NCBI GenBank assembly: GCA_900088475.1
Contig: FLMG01003138.1
Coordinates: 1-64,000 of the forward strand
DNA: 64,000 nucleotides
Reading direction: 5' to 3'
Source of the DNA: Hyphochytrium catenoides
Lineage: Eukaryota; Protista; Hyphochytriomycota
Of this stretch, positions 1-12,835 are shown piece after piece (position 1 is the stretch's first letter; each line of letters begins with the position of its first letter). Both the position numbers and the translations under genes were made by a program. A model generated the notes under the pieces. That model did not search any database, was not told where the DNA came from, and was given only the letters and a program-made list of their open reading frames with translations.

Positions 1-311
1 AGGTAGTATGTACACTGGGTAAAGAAGGTTACACAGCACGGTATGAATATTATAGGGTTGAAGAGTTTGTCAGTGCTCCTTCTTTATTTGCCATTGCTCT
101 AGAGGATAGCACGGGGCCTCTGTAGGTACTAGGACTCTGACAGTTGAGCTTCATATTTGGCGATGGAGTACATGTCTTGAGGTTAAACGCTGTATGCGAC
201 ATAAGCACTGTGTCGTCAGGCTTGAGGTTGAGCTGCACTGGCAGAGCAACCAAGGGACAAGCTAACCTGTAGGCAAGCTGAGCGCTTTACCCACAGTAAG
301 CGAGAGGAGGT

Positions 312-3300
312 ATGCGAGCCGTCATAAGAGAGAGCCTTCCCTTTGACAGAAGAAAGTCTACCTCAGACGCTGAAGGCATCTACAGCGGCCGCCGCTCTTA
401 TGGCTCGTCGGCAGGCCCGTTACGCTTTTCACATTCCGTAACTCGGCGAGATAGCGAAGAAAGTGCCACATTTGAGGAATCTGGTAGCGCTTTCAAGGGG
501 CTTCTGTGGAAACATGTATGTGGGAAGTTCTCTCCTCGATTATCAACGATGCAACAATCCCACCGTGACCACTTCTTCTGCAAGACTTTGGCCTTCCACT
601 CATAGACTCCATCACTTTCCACTATTTGCCGCCGACCTATCTGGATGAAGGGCTTTCATCTCTCTCTCTAAGTTAAACTGCTTACGCTGAAAACTCGCTG
701 TGGACCTAATGACATCTCTGTGTGTCCAGAGCTTTGCCAAAATCAAGAGGGCTCGCCGCTATGTTGTCTTGTCAGACCACAGGATTCACTGTTATAAAGA
801 TCGCCTCAAGGCATCAATTCCTGGGGCAGGGAAGACGCTTGTAGACCTTTCTGATAACGTGGAAGCAGAGTTGGGCCCGCCGCATCTATCACGCTCCCGT
901 TACAAGGTACACTTCGGTAAGACAGAAAGCAAGCAACCACAGGACAGGGAAAAGAACAGGCGTGCCCACGGGGAATGGGAGGTTGCCTTGTAAAGGGCGA
1001 CAGGAAGGGATGTAGGAACGAAGTCTAGATCTTTAGGCGTGCTCTGCGGTCTTTACTCAAGCTCCTCTGTGTACCGCTTCTCCACAACTGCCTTCCCTTC
1101 TCGTTCCCCTTCAAAGAGCCGCATTACCGCCCTTCGCTCTGCATTATCTCCAGCAGCTCTTTTTGGGGTTGTGGTGCCTGCACCCTAACCGTGGTACATT
1201 CTTCTTGTCACAGATGGGGCGCCCTCTCGAAGGCAGAAAGTGGTGTTCTACCCTATAGTCATCAGGAAGCAGAATAAAGGGCCTATTGTGGTGGAGCTCT
1301 TCTCTGATACAGAGCAGGTTGCTGCCGCTTGGGTACGAGCCATTAACCAGCTCATCAAGACAGACCGAGGCGATCAGCCGGCCGTACAGAGCCCAGGTAT
1401 GAGAAACTTATCTGAGGACCGGTAGCTTATATATTCTGGGTTTGACTCTCATCTCAAATTTTGTAGTGGAGCCTCGCGTCTCTTCGGAAGCTTAACAACG
1501 ATACTTGTTCTCATCTGATCCTTTCCACCTGCCTAAGATACGGTTCAGGCCCTAGATGTTGATGTGGGACAACTGCATAAAGAGTTTCCCGCCCTATTGG
1601 CGGAGCTTGACGATCTTGCAACGAGAGACCGCTACTTTTTGGCTAGTCAAACGCTGGAAGATATTAGCGCAAAGCTAAAAGTGGCGGAACAAAGAGTAGC
1701 AAGTCTGTCTGAGCAAAGTCCTGAGAAAGCTGACGGAGAAAGAATGGTGAAGGAGATGAGAGACAGGTGGGAGGAAGCCGGAGACCTTCGCCAGAACGTG
1801 CTTGACATGAAGGATTGGGGCAATGAATGGCTGGGTAACTTTGACTCGGTATGTACGCTTCTCTTTCTTTTTCCTTTATCTCAGGATCACCTGTTGCTTG
1901 TGCTCTTACACATCCGTAAGTCCTACGTCTCTATTTTGGTTAAGTTGATGCTTGGTTGCGCTAGGGCTAATTCGATCCCGTAGTTGTCTCTTCCGACACA
2001 AACTTCTTATATTTCCCTTCTGCCGTTTGTACCTTCGAATTTTCCCTTCGGCTTCGCCTTCACCGGCCCGTCTTCCTCTATCTTACCTACTCGCCTTTGA
2101 AACGTTTGCCTGCATGGCCATTGAAATAGACGGAAGGTTGGAAACTTGTCTCGGATAATGGGGACATGCGCATCTCGTTCAGGAAGGCAGAAGGAGACTC
2201 TCTGATTACTGTGAGGGTGGACACAGAGATTGACACGCCCTTCATCCCTCTTGCAGCCATTTTGGCAGAGGCTGATTTGGCAGGGGACTGGATCCCCTTT
2301 GGCAAGGGGACCCTGGTGCATAAGAAGACGGACCTCCATGTCATCTGCCATGTTGGACTCTTTTTTCCCTTCTTTGTTCCCATGTCAAACAGAGACTGGA
2401 TTATTGAGGGGAGAGGCATAGACATGCTCGAGAGGAAGCGAATCCTGCTCGTCACGAAGTCAAGTGAGTGTGGCCCCTTTGGCATGTCGCCTTGCCGGAG
2501 TAACTCCGTTTGTTAAAGCTTTGCGTCTTTCTAAACTGCGGACGTTTAGCTCTCCTGCATCGATGCTACTTCTCTCCACACATTTCCACAACTCGCTTAT
2601 AGCCGGTGTCTCTATGTTACACTTTTATTCTGCTTCTTTCTTTTATAATGGGTCGGTGACTCAAGGGACAAATGCCGGGATTGGTCACCTCCTCGTTGCT
2701 CCTGGAATACCATTTATCGCAATTACTCATAGCACTTGGATCTATCTAACGGACCATTTCTTCCTCTCCTCTGCTCTAGTTACTCACAGTGAGCTTTGCG
2801 AGCTGCCGCCTATTCCAAAAGGCACTGTCCGTATCAATCTTTGGGGCAGCTTTCTGATCACGTTGCTCAGTCCGACAAGGTTGCGCCTCCAGTTCATTAC
2901 ATATGCAGATCTTCAGCTCCCTTTATCACCCAAGTAAGAGCATTGCTACTTTCCATAATGTCTTGCCTTCCTATGCTTACACACAGCCAAATATTGAAAG
3001 GGTCCTCAACTTCGTGAACAAGACCATGGGGGGCCAAACTATCGGGACGATCCGCAAGTTCCTGAAGAACTTTGACCATACCAAGTACCCTGACAGGATC
3101 AAGAGGAGGAAAGAGTTCTATGACGACCTTCAGATGAGGGTAGATCAGTGTTTCCAGGAGGAAGGGAGAAGAGAAGTGCACAACCATGTAGACTTTGCCA
3201 ACGGACATCTTGACGACTCCTTAGAACAGAATGGCTTTCGACAAGGAAGTAGCAGTGGCTTTGACCCTAGCAGCAATGCTCCGCGCCTTGTATCGGATGG

Positions 3301-3688
3301 GACACCAGATGCCTCTGTGGTGGCCTGGATGCCGCAAGAGAGACAAAGAAGAAGCATGTTTCTCCTCACTTCCACACTGGCGGTTATTCTTGTGGGAATG
3401 CTGGCTGTTCTGGTGTCAATCAGCCTGAATTGGCTATCTCTTCCGGAGGAGCTGCTCAATCAGGAAGGACTCTTCATGATGCTGATGGCCATTGAGTGGA
3501 CTAGTCTTGCTCTGTTTATGTTTGCCATCGTCGCGGCGTACGTCTTAGGATATTGGAGTGGCAACTCCAGAGAGTATTCAAACGGCGTGGAGAGAAATGA
3601 AGATGCCGGAATCACATCAATGGGAGTACGGCCAGCCCAACATGGGTTCTCGAGAGAAGCGAGTCCCCACTTTAGCCCACATAGCTGA
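312..3688 (+). CDS. PH-domain + START-like lipid-binding protein with two C-terminal transmembrane helices (multi-exon)
   Basis: Spliced exons give a PH domain (FKGLLWK...RRYVVLSDHRIHCYKD...ELFSDTEQVAAAWVRAINQLI) and a START fold (GWKLVSDNGDMRISFRK...AILAEADLAGDWIPF...PMSNRDWII...LPPIPKGTVRI...VLNFVNK). Two hydrophobic segments precede the stop at 3688. GT-AG introns are present. Confidence 0.75.
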
Positions 3689-4029
3689 TAGCTAAAGGTC
3701 CTTTTATAAATTGGTTTAGAGACCAGCATCCTATGCTAAGTGTCAATGAAGGCAGCTCCACCTCTATCTCAGTCTAACAGCCAGGCCAGTAGATCCCTTA
3801 AAGAATGAAGGGCAAAAGATGGAGGCTACTCACTTTCATTGGAAGTGATCGAAGGACAGCGGCCAAGACATCAGGTGGCCAAAGGAGAGTCACTGGAAGA
3901 TGTAGGGCATCAGCATTCTAGCCTTTATGCTCACTAACAGAACCTGTTTGCTGCATAAGCTTCTCCATCCTCGCTGAATTTAGGCAGAGCTCCAATAATA
4001 AATTACAGTCTGAGGCCTTATCTTCTCTA

Positions 4030-6928
4030 TCATTCTACCATCATCGAGTCTTGAGCCATCGCTCGTGCATTTGCTGCACCGAACAGCTCTCGTCGAATCT
4101 CTGGGGTCATTTGTCCATGATGCTGTTGCAAGAACAGAGAACAGCAAATGGGATCAGCCATAAGACCGCAGAAAGCACCAATTTGGTACTAATAGGCCAC
4201 GCATAATGGACGAATGAGGGTGCATAGCACTCACATACAGCAATCAACGGAGAAAAAGAAGCCACGAGATGAGTATATGATGGAGGAGAAATCACGTACG
4301 TGCTTCTTCATAACCTCCTTAAGCATTTCCTTATGCTTGTCCTGAATGTCATTCCGATATCTTTGAGCGAATGTGAGAAGGGACTGGTGCCAAAGTACCG
4401 GGAGCTCTCTTTCATCATCTCGGAAGCGGATGAAGTGCTCTGCCACAGTGTCTATTACTCTGCGAGGGAGACTATACTTCTTGTTCAGAAGAACCCGCAT
4501 AAATATGCTGTTTGCACCACTATAGGGCATCTCGGCCTGAACACATAGGCACGTATGATGGGTTTACGAGCGGAAGCATTCTGATACTCAACAAATGAAC
4601 GAATTGAAAGTACCAAGGTCACTTGAACGTTCAGAGGTTGGAAACAAGTGAGAGGGAGAGAGGGAGATTTGGTGCTTGCTGCTGATTGATACAAAGCGTG
4701 GTACAGGAAACGGTCATTACGCCGTACTTAGAGTCCGACGCAAGCAAGTAAAAGCGCAAGGGAGAGCTTCAGAACCTATAAGAGCAAGCACTTTAAGTTG
4801 TTGCAGAACCCTACCAATCTTAGTAGAGCAGCCGCTGAGTGCAAAACTGGTACCGAGACCTTTGCCATAACGCTGCTGATAATGGCTGCCTCCCTCAAGC
4901 TGCAATTCCCCTCCTACGAAACGAAGCTTAAGCTGGAAACTACAGACGGGGTGCGCAACAAGGGAAAGAGGAGATGGGCCTAAGGACTAATGATGCCTGC
5001 GAAACGCAGCATGAAAAGAGAGACGAACATCGACAACGAAGGGGAACAAAGGGGCCAGCCAAAGAACCGGGAAGAGAGGAAGATACCTCGCAGAGGGGCA
5101 GCAGAATCCCTTTGTACCAAGCCTGAGGCTTATAGAGGCCCTTCTTAAGCGCCATGTAGAGGTGATAGTTTAACTTCTTATTCCCCTGGATATCATCACG
5201 CACTCGTGGAAGTAGGATAAGATTGTAGAATCTACGGAGAGTCAGGGAATAGCGGACAATGGCCATTAGATTATGGGGCAAGCTCGAGCAAGGTCTCAAA
5301 AGGATCAGGAATAAGACAAGGCTTTGGCGTAATAGAACTTAAGAAGCTGAGCCCACCAAAAGCACGATGGTCCAAGGACTACAGTTAGAGCAAAATTTGT
5401 AGACAGACATGGAAGAGCCGACAGCATTTACCTCTGCGCCATCTTGGCGTTCAGGTTAGAGGCAAAGATCCTGGTAGCTGCCCTCATCGCCACAGGAGAC
5501 CAGTTATCGGGCTCAGTGACATAAAGAATCTGCGAGGAAACGCTAAATCATTATCACGGAGAAAGGCATGTCCTCTCGCACTCTCTCTTTCCCATCGCTC
5601 TCTCTCTCCCTCTTCCTGCTTGGCCAGAACTACATCTAGCTAAGGCGGATGAAAGTTCTACCTGCTCCCAGTTTGTCAGGCTCGGAATGATTTTGAAAGC
5701 TTTTGGCAGCTTCCCACTGGTGTAGCTGCTCAGGATTTTGCCCACTTGCTTGTACACTTCCACAATCTTGGGGCCAAGCTCTCGCTCGATTTGTTCTCCG
5801 GCTGTTGGCTCTTCCTCGACTACTTCTTCCTCCTTGAGTGCACCAGCGGAGAAAAATCAACTGTCAGTTGATGTGCAGCGCTGGATCCTCGGGGAGTTTG
5901 AATCGTACCTTCTCTTTGATTCTTCCCATAATCAACTCAGCAAGGTTTCTCCTTTCAAACCTCTCAGGGAACATGAAGCGCTCTATGGCCGCCTCGTCTG
6001 CACCATCCACCTCCACCACCTGAAGCATATACAAGAGTAGCAGTGAGGATATTCATGAGTGCGCGGGGGAAAAGAAGTGAAGAGGTCAAGCGTTGCAAAG
6101 CATAAAGAGACCAGATAGCACAAGTGTGGGGCGAGCAAGATGAGAGCGCCAGTCTACAAGAAGATTCTCACTTATGACGTAGTTGCAGTGGACGTGCTGA
6201 AAGGGAAAGAGCTAGGCTAGGGGCATACAACTCTAAAAGAGAAGCCAATCTTAGAGGGATTTAAGGACAACCTCCACATCTTCTCCATCAAAGCGGACGA
6301 ACTCATCATCTTCCTCATCTTCCCCGTCATCAGAATCGAGGTCATCTTCCTCCTCGGCGGCGCTCTTGGGCTTCGACACTGTCGCAGTGTCCCGTGTTAG
6401 AAGAGCAAAGGTATAGGATTTGGAGAACACACAGAGAAAGATCGGTGCAGATTGAGTCCAAACGCTTAAAGACTAGCAAGGAAGGGAGGAAGGACTCACG
6501 ATTGCGTGTGTTCTTTCCTTCTGCGGCCCATTTGCCAGAACCTGGTACTACGATCTTCTCCTCTTCCTGGTCAACCTCAGCCTGCTGCTCTCGAGCTTGC
6601 GCTAAGATTTTCTTACTGGTGATGCGCAACCTCAGTCAGCGGCTCGTCTATGCAAATGGGATGACAAGTGCACAGGCGTACCTGATCCTTTCTGGAACAA
6701 ATTCTTCCTCCTCTTCATCATTCCGGCGCCGAGTGTTCCTTTCCTTTCGTCTAGGTTGCTCTCTTATCTTGGGGGTCTTGTCAGTCTCTAGCTGCAAGTT
6801 CGTTAGTCCTCCAGCCTAATAAGAAGCAGGCAGCCCCGAGACGGGGTCAACACGCCAGGTGATAGTACCTGCGCGGCGAGTGGCTTGTGCCTTGCTGAGG
6901 AATTCTTCTTGGTGGTTAGCTTTCCCAT
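4030..6928 (-). CDS. BYSL: Bystin / Enp1, 40S ribosome biogenesis factor (multi-exon)
   Basis: Conserved blocks are [39 protein letters not shown]...[45 protein letters not shown]...[25 protein letters not shown] and MTPEIRREL. The start is [17 protein letters not shown] at 6928 and the stop is TGA at 4030-4032. Confidence 0.95.
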
Positions 6929-7640
6929 CTTGGGCAGGTTTGACTTCTAGTTGCACAAAACCCTCGTCCAGAAATGTTGTGATACGTCGTACTGCTCGAT
7001 GGGGATGTCTTCAAGCTTCCTATAGATCTGAGGCCAACGGCGGACAGTGCAGATGTCCGAGGCTCTGGGCCGAGGTTGAGCTCCCAGCAGCAGCAGCAGC
7101 GGCGGTCCCATCAGAACCTCAGCGCACACTTTTCCTTTTACCGGCCTTCTGATTGGCGCTCAATGCCTGGTCCTAAGGACAATGATTCGGAATCCATCTC
7201 AGAGCAAGCCTTTATATTCAAATTATATTGAATTCTGTCATGAATACAAAAAGGTGGTTTCTCGCACCTTTTTGATTTTTTGATTTTTTGGCGATGGTTC
7301 TGATTCATTCCCGACGTCTCTCAGATTGATTGAAGCTTCGAAGCTTGAAGCGCGATGATGGCGTCTCTGTCTGCAGACCAGGTCATGGAGCTTGGGGCTA
7401 ATCACATGATTCTGTGGATGGTTTGGAGATTCAAATGTATTGACGCGTGGCATGTGTTATCTTAGTAAGCGTGTTGACAATTCTAGTGGGCGTTGGCTGG
7501 CACGGAAGGGGAAAGGTCATCTAGAAGAAAAGTGGAGATAAAAGGCGTTCCTCGGTTGAACAAAGCAAGTCAAGGTCAATAGGGGTCATTTCCTCGCCGT
7601 CCTCCGCCATTATGGGAGGCCGTAGGTGAAAACGGCAAGT

Positions 7641-10600
7641 ATGGCATCAGAAAAGCAAGGCGATGCGCGACTCCTTCCTGCCGCTCGCCGCAGAAGAGAC
7701 GCCTTTAGCTTCGTCGGGCAGGGGATAGTCGCTCTGTCGGAGATTCAGGTGCCTTCCTCTTTGACTTGTTGATGCTCCAGGCCAGCGCATGCGATGGTGA
7801 CTATACTCTTTTCTCGAGCAGTCCGCTAGCAGTCCACAGACTAAGTACCTTAATCTACACAGCAATAATCTGCTGTCTCTGGATGGCACTCAGGAATATA
7901 AAGAGTGAGGCTTCCCCTACTCCGAGAGTTTATGGCCGCTGCGCTGACCGGCATTATATATAGGCTGGTGGAGCTCATTGTCTCGTCAAACTGCTTAGAG
8001 GACGTAAGAACGCTAGGAAAGGGAGGTCTGGTTCACCTGGAAGTTCTGGATCTAGCATGCAACAGGTAAAACAGACATCCGTGCCCGCTTGGCGCGACCT
8101 ATTGCCGGTGCTGAACTAACCCTAAGTCTTGAAGGATCAAGACGACAAAGGGGTTTCCCGCACTCCCTGCACTCCGGAAGCTGGTGCTTAGCTATAACGA
8201 GTACGTTAGATCGCGTTGAAGGATTCTCTATCTATCTGTGTCTTACTTAGAGCTTCCTCGCGCTCCTCTTTTCCCAGGTTGGAAGACCTGTCAGGTCTTG
8301 CAAATGTTCCTAAGCTGGAAGGCTTACAACTGCTGGACATCAGGGGTAATCAGCTGGCGACGCTAATGAGCTTACAGTCTCTTCAGGGCCTACAGGTTCA
8401 AAGGCTGGACTTAAGGCTTGACTTAACCGACTTCACGATGGAACCTCTCGCATTCCGCTTTCTTAGTGCCAAGACCCTAGTTGCCAACCCTTCCTCTAAA
8501 ACTTAAGCCCTAGTTGTTTCTTTTCTATGCAAGCCTCTTCTCGGTTCATTTTGTCTGTGCCTCCACCGCTGTTGCTTCTCCATCCCGTTCCTTCCGCTAC
8601 GCACACTCATCAACTAATGTGCTAAACAACAGGCCCTTTCAGAGCTTCGCCTTCAGTCCAGAGACGGAAAGCACGCCAATCCGGTTTGTCGTGTTGCCGG
8701 ATACCGACGATTCGTTCTCAAGGTAAATGTTGATAGACCCTTCCCCCTAGCGTCTTTTGGCAGCCCACACATGGTTCGAGAGAGGGAAAAATTACACTGA
8801 TATAGTGCGAATGTGGTAAGAAGGAATACGGCAAGAATGAGGGAGGAAGTGCTTGAATTAAAGGTGGCCTTCGCGAGCAGTGACAATGATATAGGAGGGC
8901 CGAGATCTGGTAGCACTAAAGTTGGTGTAGATGATGCCAGGCCTGAAGCTCTTGGACTACTATAGCTCTTCAATGGAAATAGTGCCAACCTTGGAAGCCA
9001 GCCCTCTGAACTTCGACGATACTTTGACTTCACTGCATTCTGCACCCAGCCCGTCCCATACTGCCAAGGAAGACATGATTATAGAACAGAATAGAAGCGA
9101 GCGTCTTCTTCCTTCTCCTTTAGCAGGGGATTCCTCTTCTCAGCATCCGACTGAAGCGTTTTCTCCGGCGAGCTCTATATCACTTCCTCGCTTTGACGCT
9201 GTTGCGCGGTATTTTCGTCAAAGGCAACTTACCGAAAAAACAGGCGATAAGTCGGAAGAAACACCAGCAAGCAGTACCTTGTTTGGTGAGTCCGGGGCAG
9301 ACGGCGACTCGAATCCTTGGCAGGAGCAGGTGCTTTCTATGCAATTCTGTCTTCTCGCCTTGTCATATCCCTTATGGTTCTGTTCCCTCCTCTAGGGACA
9401 GTCATGGGCAAGGACAATCGCGACCCATCCTCCGTTCTCCTTGTTATCACTTGACCTCGACCAACCTCCTGTGCCGAAGCATTTGCCAAGCCGGGAACCA
9501 GCATTGAGGTAGGGCTCTTTACACTGTGAAAGGGATTAGCTTATTGAGGCGTTTGCTCAGTAGTGTACTCACCCTAACCGTGATATTTGATGCTGCTGAG
9601 CAGTTACCAGGGCACAGCCGTACTGAGGGACGCAGAAGTACAGGCCTGTAGCACCCAGGAAGATGCAATCGTTCAAGCAAACCTGCCAACTATTGAGGCG
9701 CAAGAGGCAGCGAAGGCAAAAGAGGCAGCACAGGAGCGCTTATCAGCAGCTGAAGAGCAGGTAGTCTGGAGTCTGGATGAGATGAACGGGACATGTCACT
9801 AAGAGCGCGAGACAACAGGTTCGGTTGCACATCGCTACCATAGACAGCCTGGAAGACAAGCTGACAGCAAGCATAGACAAAATAACAAGCTTGCAACAGG
9901 AGCTAGAAGAGGTGACCTTTAGCTACTTTATACACAGTATCTCCTACCTCACCTGTCTTTGCCAGGCCATAGCGAGCGGTAAGGCAGGGGAGAAGAGGGC
10001 AGAACATGCGGAGGAGCAAGTCCGAGAGCTAACAAGGGAGAGGCAGAGCTTCCGACAGGACGCCGAGTCGTTGGAAGTCTGTCTGGAAGATATGAAATCT
10101 AGGAACCGAGAGTTGCAGAGTAAGCTTCTGGAGTTGCAACAAAGAGAAAGTAGTGCTCAGGTACGCCCGTACAGAAGCTGAGACTGGTGGGCTTTCTATT
10201 TGAAGAACCCTAGTCATCAATTGAGTTGTATAAGCTTTGGAAGGGCTGACCCTCATCCTGTGTGCAGGATGCTCTCATAGAGAAGAGAATAGAGGTAGAG
10301 AGCCTTCGTCACCAGGTGCAGTTTCTTCAACAAGCCCAAAAGGATAAAGTTGGAACCGAAGAGTTGCAGAGTAGCGTACGATCTCACAAGCTCCGAGAAC
10401 CCAGTCCTATGGGCCGCCTGACCTCCCCCTTTTTCCTTGCCTTTACGATACGAAGATGCTTGCGGATGTTGCCACGATGCGGCGTGATCATGAGGAGGAA
10501 CGAAAGAGGCTCAGACAACAGATAGAGGAAGCGCAGTCAGCAAAAGAGTCCCTCACAAGCTTGGTAATTAAGGCTCCGCTTTGTCTGCTTGGATGACTCA

Positions 10601-12629
10601 TGACCGCATCTGTCCCCAGGTGGAAGAGATAAAGGGTAAACTGCGCAATCAGGAGTCACTCCTCAAGGATCTGCGCCATCGCCATCTCCAGGAAATGCAG
10701 TGGCAGAAAGAGCGGCATGAACAAGAGGTGAGCCAAAATACGAGTATGGGGAAAGATTACGAGAGTTTTGACCAAGGATTTTTCTCCTATCTACCTTGGC
10801 CGCCGCGCATGCAGTCCGAGCTAGTACGTAAGAAGTTTGAGCTAATGACAGCAGAGGTAGAGTCAGAGCTGCGGCGCAGGGCAGCAGAAGGCCAGGCCGC
10901 AATCAACGCAGTGAAGGCGGCATACCAGGTAGTCCTCTAACAATATCTCTTGCATCCGCCACCTTGGTTGCTTTTTAGCTAAAGCCCTGCAATGCACACT
11001 ACAGAACCAGATCCTCGTCGTGCAGAAGCTGAAGGAAGAGCTCGCCATTTCAAAAAAGCGCGAGGAGGCAAGGCACCAAGATAATGCAAGCCTTCAGAAC
11101 TTGGTGAGGTTCGCTCGGCACCATGATACGATCGCTCTCGTCTAATCTCAACTTACGCCCCGAACGCCCCTATCTTCTTTGAAGGCCTTGGAGCTCAAGC
11201 ACAAGCTGCAACAAATGGAATCCGCCTTCGCACTCAAGGCAAAGGTTAGTAAGGTCCATTCTGTGACTAATCGGCTGCTCCGTTGTTGATAAGCCACGAT
11301 TCTCAGGAGGTAAACCTAAAGCTGGAGAATGAACGGAACCTGCTCCTCGAGAAGGTAAGATGCTACCGTTTTATAGCCAGGGAGTAGTGCTTCTAACTGG
11401 GTTTTGGGTGCTGGCTCCTCTTCTTACTGGACAGAGCCATGCTTTGGAGCAAGAGATATGTTCGCTAAAGGCGGAGCTGGATGGTCTCAAGCAGGAAAAA
11501 GAGAACTATAGGAAGGAAGTTGAAGCCAGACTCAACGAGAAGGACTCAAAACTTGACGAATTACGGACTGCGCTGGCCGTGAAGGAGGTAAAATAGCGAC
11601 TATACGACTGACAAGGTTTTCAATACACATCTGCTTCAGACACTGACATTTTTACTCTATACCGATTGGCCTGCACTTTTAGAAAATAGCAGAAGACCAG
11701 CTATTAGCTCTTGCGCAGCTCAAAGAAGAGCAGCAAAGGCAGTTACAAGAGAAAGCACAGGAAATGGATGACCTTCGACGTCTGCTAAGAGAGACCGAAG
11801 AAGATTACGAGGAGCTTCTGGAAGCAAAGGAAGCTGCAGATATCCGACTGCAGGACAAAGAGGACCTATTGCTAGAACTACAAAAAATGGAAGAAGCTCT
11901 TGCTAGTCAAGAAGCAACCGGAGAGAGAGAGGTGATGACAGACTAGTCCTCCCACTTTCTCAATTTGCACTTCTGACTTCCATTCCGTCACCGGACACCA
12001 TTACCAGCGGAGGGAGGCGGAAGATCTAAGAGCAATAATATCTAGCAAAGACCAAGCACTTCAGTATGTCAGCGAGGAGATTGATAAGATGAAGGACTCG
12101 TTTGAGGCTAAGGAGACAGAGCTGCAGGAGGAAGTATCTTTTCTAAAAGCTCAGGTCTACTAAACGTCTCATGTCTATGGACTTCAGAGACTCACAACTT
12201 TATAACGGTGTTCAGGTTGAGGAGCTGCATGCAGCTGTAGACGCGAAGGAAGAGATGCGAAGGAAGCTGGAGTCAGACATAGACCAGCTTAAGGTAGAAA
12301 AGGTAAGAAATATAGAAAATATCACACCTTCAGTCATAATTGATTGCGCTTGCTCTGACTTTTCCCACAGTTGCAGGTCCAGGCTGACGCTCACGATGCG
12401 GAACAGCGTGTGCGGACAACGGAGGTAGAGATGAAAATCTTAATGGAGCAGGTTGGGCAGAGATGAGAGGCCTTCTACGCTCTCTCATGTTACGCTCCCT
12501 CAGGTGGCTGCTAACCCACGCCCTCTCTCCTTCTTGAGGCAGATGGACAAGGAAAGAGCCAGACACCAGAGTACGCTGAAGAAATTAGGTGTCTTTTTGC
12601 GGCAAGTGGAGGCAAGCCCATTGGCATAA
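7641..12629 (+). CDS. LRRCC1: Leucine-rich repeat and coiled-coil centriolar protein (LRRCC1/CLERC/VFL1-like, multi-exon)
   Basis: N-terminal SDS22-type LRRs (YLNLHSNNL, LEVLDLACNR, LRKLVLSYNELEDLSGL, LLDIRGNQL) are followed by the LRR cap GKHANPVCRVAGYRRFVLKMMPGLKLLD and then many E/K/Q-rich coiled-coil exons to TAA at 12629. This is the LRRCC1/VFL1 architecture. Confidence 0.75.
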
Positions 12630-12835
12630 AGTTTCCCTTGGAGCGCTAGATGAAACAGAATGTTCTCAAGTGAAGTCGTTCAAAGCTATTTTCTGTCTGC
12701 CCTCGGTATTCTAACGTCTCCTTTTAGCTCTCGGGCCTTTGCTCTTACTGTTACCCTATTAGAGGTTGCTTCGCGAGTATCCTTATATTTATTCAGTACA
12801 TTACTTTGTATAACTTTTCTGGCTCCTCTGACTGA

